From Salpingoeca rosetta (taxonomy: Eukaryota > Protista > Choanoflagellata): a stretch of DNA of 64,000 bases. The stretch is from assembly GCA_033442325.1 (NCBI GenBank), contig JAWQFM010000019.1, forward strand, positions 1 to 64,000. Direction: 5' to 3'. The first letter of the stretch is position 1; the number at the start of each line of letters is the position of its first letter. The notes under the pieces are model-generated. The model was not told the DNA's origin, searched no databases, and saw only the letters and a list, made by a program, of their open reading frames with translations. Below, in pieces: positions 55,441-64,000 of this stretch. A program made the position numbers and the translations under genes.

Positions 55441-56090
55441 GGTGGTGGTGGTGGTGGTGGTGGAAGAAGGCGAGGTAGGGTGAGGGGTCACGTTGGTGAT
55501 TATTGCACGGGGCACGGCCGTGATCTGGTCCTGCACAAGCCCACAAACGGCAGCGGCCGTGCATGTGTCGTTGATCAGTCTGAGTCCATCCCCATCCACA
55601 CACGCCCACACCACCATGACGCCCCACCGAGATTTGGGTCGAGGAACTTGAGCGCCCGGCGGCCGTCCTCTGGTTTCTGCAGCGAAGCGTGTGCACACAC
55701 ACACACACATATGCAGTGAGAAGGCAAGGAGTGGTGGCGGCAGTGTGTGTGTGTGTGTATATGTGTGAGTGAATGAGTAAGTGAGTGGGTGAGTGTGTGA
55801 GTGTGTATGTGTTTGTGTGTTTGTGTGTTTGTGTGAGTGAGTGTGTGTGTGTGTGTGTGAGTGCGTGCATTTGCTCCGTATGGACAAGGAGCAGTACTTC
55901 GATTCGCTGCCGGTTACCTGGAAGAGGATGAAGAGGAGCCCCATCTCATAGAGGACAGATGCGCCCAACACCAGCCGCCACACAACTGCACACAATCACG
56001 ATAACACGGGAGAGGTGGCGTGGTGGTTCAACGTGAGGAACAACCAACACATGACTCTGAAAACATATTGCATACATCTGAGCACAGGTT

Positions 56091-56166
<76 letters not shown>

Positions 56167-56477
56167 CGCGTACACACACACACACACGCACACACACACA
56201 CCGCACAGGCTGATCAATGAGCACGGCACCATGCGTGTGTGAGCACACGACGCAGCATGTCACGCTTCTGACCAGGATGCGGGCGGATGAACGGGCCATC
56301 GTTGAACTGCATGGCAGCCTGCACCAGAAAGACGCCACAAGCAACAGCAACACCACTGCACGCACAGAGGGGGCGAGGGTCGGGCGTGAGTACATGCTAC
56401 GCTCTTACTGCCAATCCAAGCCGATCGATCATACAAGGAAAAGAGCATTCATAGCCACACACACGCATGCATACACA

Positions 56478-56513
<36 letters not shown>

Positions 56514-56951
56514 CACACATATTGTCTCTCTGTTCTCACCGCTGTGCATTGATGGACGAGTCCTCGTCATCGAGGAAGAGAGCCATGTAGACGACAGCAC
56601 ACACGACCAGCGTCAGCACCGTCACAACATGGGGGCGCCTGTCATGGGCACAATGCAGGTTGTGTGTCGAGTCAGCGTCACAGGAGAGTGGTAGCTCTGT
56701 TTCATGCTGTTTGTCACGCACATGCACATCCACACTCCCACGCGCTCAGTTTCACCACGTGACAACATACCAGAACCAAGACTGCGAGCCATCATCCTCA
56801 AAGTTTGTGTTGTGGATTTTGAAGCGGTAGGGTCCCTGTCACAGAGAGAGAGTGTGTGTGTGTATGCGTGTGTGCGTGTGTGCGTGCGTAAGTGTGTGTG
56901 AGTGAGTGGGAGAGACGTACACACACACATGCACGCACACACACACACACG

Positions 56952-56982
<31 letters not shown>

Positions 56983-57171
56983 ACGCACACACACACGCAC
57001 ACGAGCAACCTGGTGAGAATGTTTCTGCGCCCAGCCACCTCACCCCCCGCCATCAGCCAGGACTCATACCTGGGACACAAAGGCCGTTGCCGTTGCATCG
57101 TTCAGGCTGACAGCCCGTTGGCGCGGCTGTCGCGGCTGCCTCTTCCGCTCGTCCGCGGTTGCAGCAACCAT
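52788..57171 (-). CDS. PTDSS: Phosphatidylserine synthase (base-exchange PSS family, PTDSS2-like), multi-exon
   Basis: [118 protein letters not shown]. Confidence 0.93.
53221..53308. repeat. (TGTGTGCATG)n 10-mer minisatellite in a PSS intron
   Basis: About 8 direct copies. Confidence 0.9.
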
Positions 57172-57628
57172 GTTGTTGTTGTTGTTCGCTGCAGGTGCGA
57201 GTGGCGCGCTGTCGTCGTCGCTGTTGCTAGCTTCGCCAGTTTCACTCCCTTCTATGACTCTCTGTGCGCTTGTTTGCTTGCTCGCTCGCTTGCTCGCTTG
57301 TTGATTGATTTGAGAGTGTGCACGTCCCACAACAACAGCAACACCAACACCAACACACCGCAACACCAACCGCGCACCCACGTGTTTCGTTTGTGTTTCG
57401 TGAGCTGCGTGTCCTTGTTGCGCGTTGCTGCCTCTTGCCCAGCAAGTATTGTAGATAATTGGCTTATATCTTCAACAATAATTCCACATCCACCCTCGTG
57501 TGCGACAACGCTGCTTACACAGCTCGGCATTTTCACACAGCAATCAACACACAAGACGTGTAACCACCACCAGCCAGCATCCACATATCCCACACCACCA
57601 TCACCACCTCAAACGCCAAGCACCAGCC

Positions 57629-61746
<4,118 letters not shown>

Positions 61747-61905
61747 ACTGTGCCATGCGTGCAGCAACACAGGGCAGTGCGATGATGGATGGTGGATGTG
61801 TTGGGATTTGCTTGTTGCGTTCGATGCGTTGGACTGCGCCTGTGTGCGTGTCACGACACCATAAACGGTAGTGGTGAGGACTGCCACACAACGAAACACA
61901 ACGAG

Positions 61906-62645
61906 ATGGCGAAAGTGGCAAGGGCGTGGTGGGTGCTGGTGCTCGCCATGCTGGTTGTGGCAGCATTGGCTGGTGGTGTTGCCGGTGCTGGGCAGGAGCA
62001 TGGTGGGGGTGGTGGTGGGGGTGGCAACAGTACAGGGACAAGTGGTGGTAGCCCTCTGGATAAGTTCCTGCACACATACTCGATTGGATCGCTCAAGGAG
62101 CGCGGGAGGAGAACCGTGGGCGGACGCACCGTGCGTCAAATCACACTCGCCATCAATGACGAGTGAGTGTGTCTGTGTGTGTGTGTGTGTGTGTCTGTCT
62201 GTCTGTCTGTGTGTGTGTGTGTGTATGTGTGTGTGTGTGTGTCTGTGGCTGTGGGTCTGTGTGTGTGCGTGTGGTACCGCTCGCTCGGCTCACGTTGTTC
62301 ATCTACAACTGTGCGTGCGTGTGTGCAGGATGTATGCGTTGGAGGTGCAGCCGGATCACGCTGCGTTCCAGCACGGCATCAGGGTGAGCAACGAAGCGCG
62401 CGTGTGTGTCGCACATGCATGTAAGCTAGCAAGCACCGCCAACTCCCTTTGCATTTCTTCTACTTTGCATGTGCCCTCATTCACACTCGCTCTCCCGCTC
62501 ACACAAACATGGGTTGTTAGTCGCGCGTGGTTGGACGGGATGGTGTGCGGAATCTGCACGTTGACACGAGTCGCCACGTCATTGGGCATGTTGTCGGCTA
62601 TCCACAATCCAACGTGCTTCTCTACCTCAACGACGGCCATGGCAC

Positions 62646-62730
<85 letters not shown>

Positions 62731-62974
62731 GCGTGTAGTGTCGCGAATATCCAGTTCCTAGCGCATGCACCCACTCGTAGTTGCTTTTCAATCCTGCAAT
62801 GTGACAGGGGCACGTGCATTTGAATGAGACGCACAAGTATTACATGGAGCCTGCGTTCAGGCACATTGACGAATACAACCAGGATCGGTCCCGCAGGTAG
62901 GAACTTGGCATTTCCGTGTGTCACCGACGTTCCACCCATAAACGCACACGCACACACGCACGCACACACGCACG

Positions 62975-63009
<35 letters not shown>

Positions 63010-64000
63010 GTACATATCCACACGCGAGGTGCCTCCTCGTCGTTTTCACTCTCCATCGTGACTTGCAACTCTCACCACCACCACCACCACCACCACCACC
63101 ACCACCACCACCACCACCACCACCACCATCACCACCGCATCTCTCCTCGGTCGAACACAGGGCGGTGGTTGTGTACCGTGCATCCGACCTCAAGCCAGAT
63201 GCACTCCCGCCGACATTCTGTGGCCTCTCCCACGACCACGACCACGGCCACGCCCACCACCGCGACCACCGCGACCACCACGACAACCACGACAATGATC
63301 ATGATAGCGTCCACCAGCCATCATCATCGTCGTCATCATCGACCGGCAGCGGAAGCAACAGGCGTCGCTTCGCTGGCCCACGTCACCCGTCCGTGCAACG
63401 TGTGTAGCTGCCCGCGTTGGTCTGTGGCGGTGGTGGGTATGGTGGTGATGGTGATGCGCATGTGCATGTGCAGGTCGTGAGAGCGATCAGCAGATGGGCG
63501 GTCGTCGTGCTGTCGCGCGTCAAGAGATGCTCACGATATCCCACCACATGCTGCCCCATCGCGTTCCTCTCATCTGTTTCAGGCGTGAGGCGAGATGCTG
63601 CCCAGCCGGCAACCACCAACACGTGTCTCATGCGGGTATGTGGCAATCACATGTGCATTCGGCGGTCTTGCTGTTGTTTCGAATGACGTGACTGCTCTTT
63701 TCCTGCAGCACATACACGCACACATCCCAAACAAACACACTCATACAGACATACAAATCACACACACACACATACACATACACACGCACGCAATCTGATC
63801 TTTCGGCTCACACGTGATGGAAACAACCCATGCGCCATCACCCGTGTGCCCATCCATCCTTGATACTGGACGATCTTGTGCCTGCAGGCAGTTGGAGATT
63901 CGGCGTTTGTAGCGCGACACGGCGGCGATGCTGACGAGGCAACGCAGCAGATGATCTCGTTCATCCGCGCCGCCGACAGCAGATTCAGGGTGCGCAGAGG
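61906..64000 (+). CDS. ADAM10/17-like (reprolysin) metalloprotease: signal peptide, prodomain and start of catalytic domain; partial
   Basis: Signal peptide; prodomain motifs YYMEPA.RH and VVYRASD; cysteine-switch-like TFCG; basic site VRRDA; then NTCLMR|AVGDSAF...EATQQMISFIRAADSRF. The HExxH motif is not in the window. Confidence 0.75.

Overview
Intron-rich eukaryotic genomic DNA, with many introns carrying (GT)n/(CA)n microsatellites. Gene content and composition point to a choanoflagellate, probably Salpingoeca rosetta (inference). Most ORF-track entries are microsatellite artefacts, so genes were rebuilt by reading exons. In order: a macro-domain/WWE-like protein (-, runs off the left edge); eIF3k (+, cut by a gap); an unusually divergent but structurally compensated 18S rRNA gene (-); a 13.7 kb gene-free ETS/IGS-like region with modular 44/63 bp subrepeats and repeated palindromes; a single 5S rRNA gene (+, opposite to 18S); a membrane/secreted PLOD-type GT + exostosin (GT47) double glycosyltransferase (-); HIRA (+); a DHAR/CLIC-like GST (-); a multi-EF-hand protein with a duplicated first exon (+); NUFIP1/Rsa1 (-); an unknown coiled-coil protein (+); phosphatidylserine synthase (-) head-to-head with seryl-tRNA synthetase (+); and an ADAM10/17-like protease (+, runs off the right edge). 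The best candidate for an undescribed system is the apparently dispersed, divergent rDNA unit (18S + linked 5S + own subrepeats), possibly a second rRNA type.
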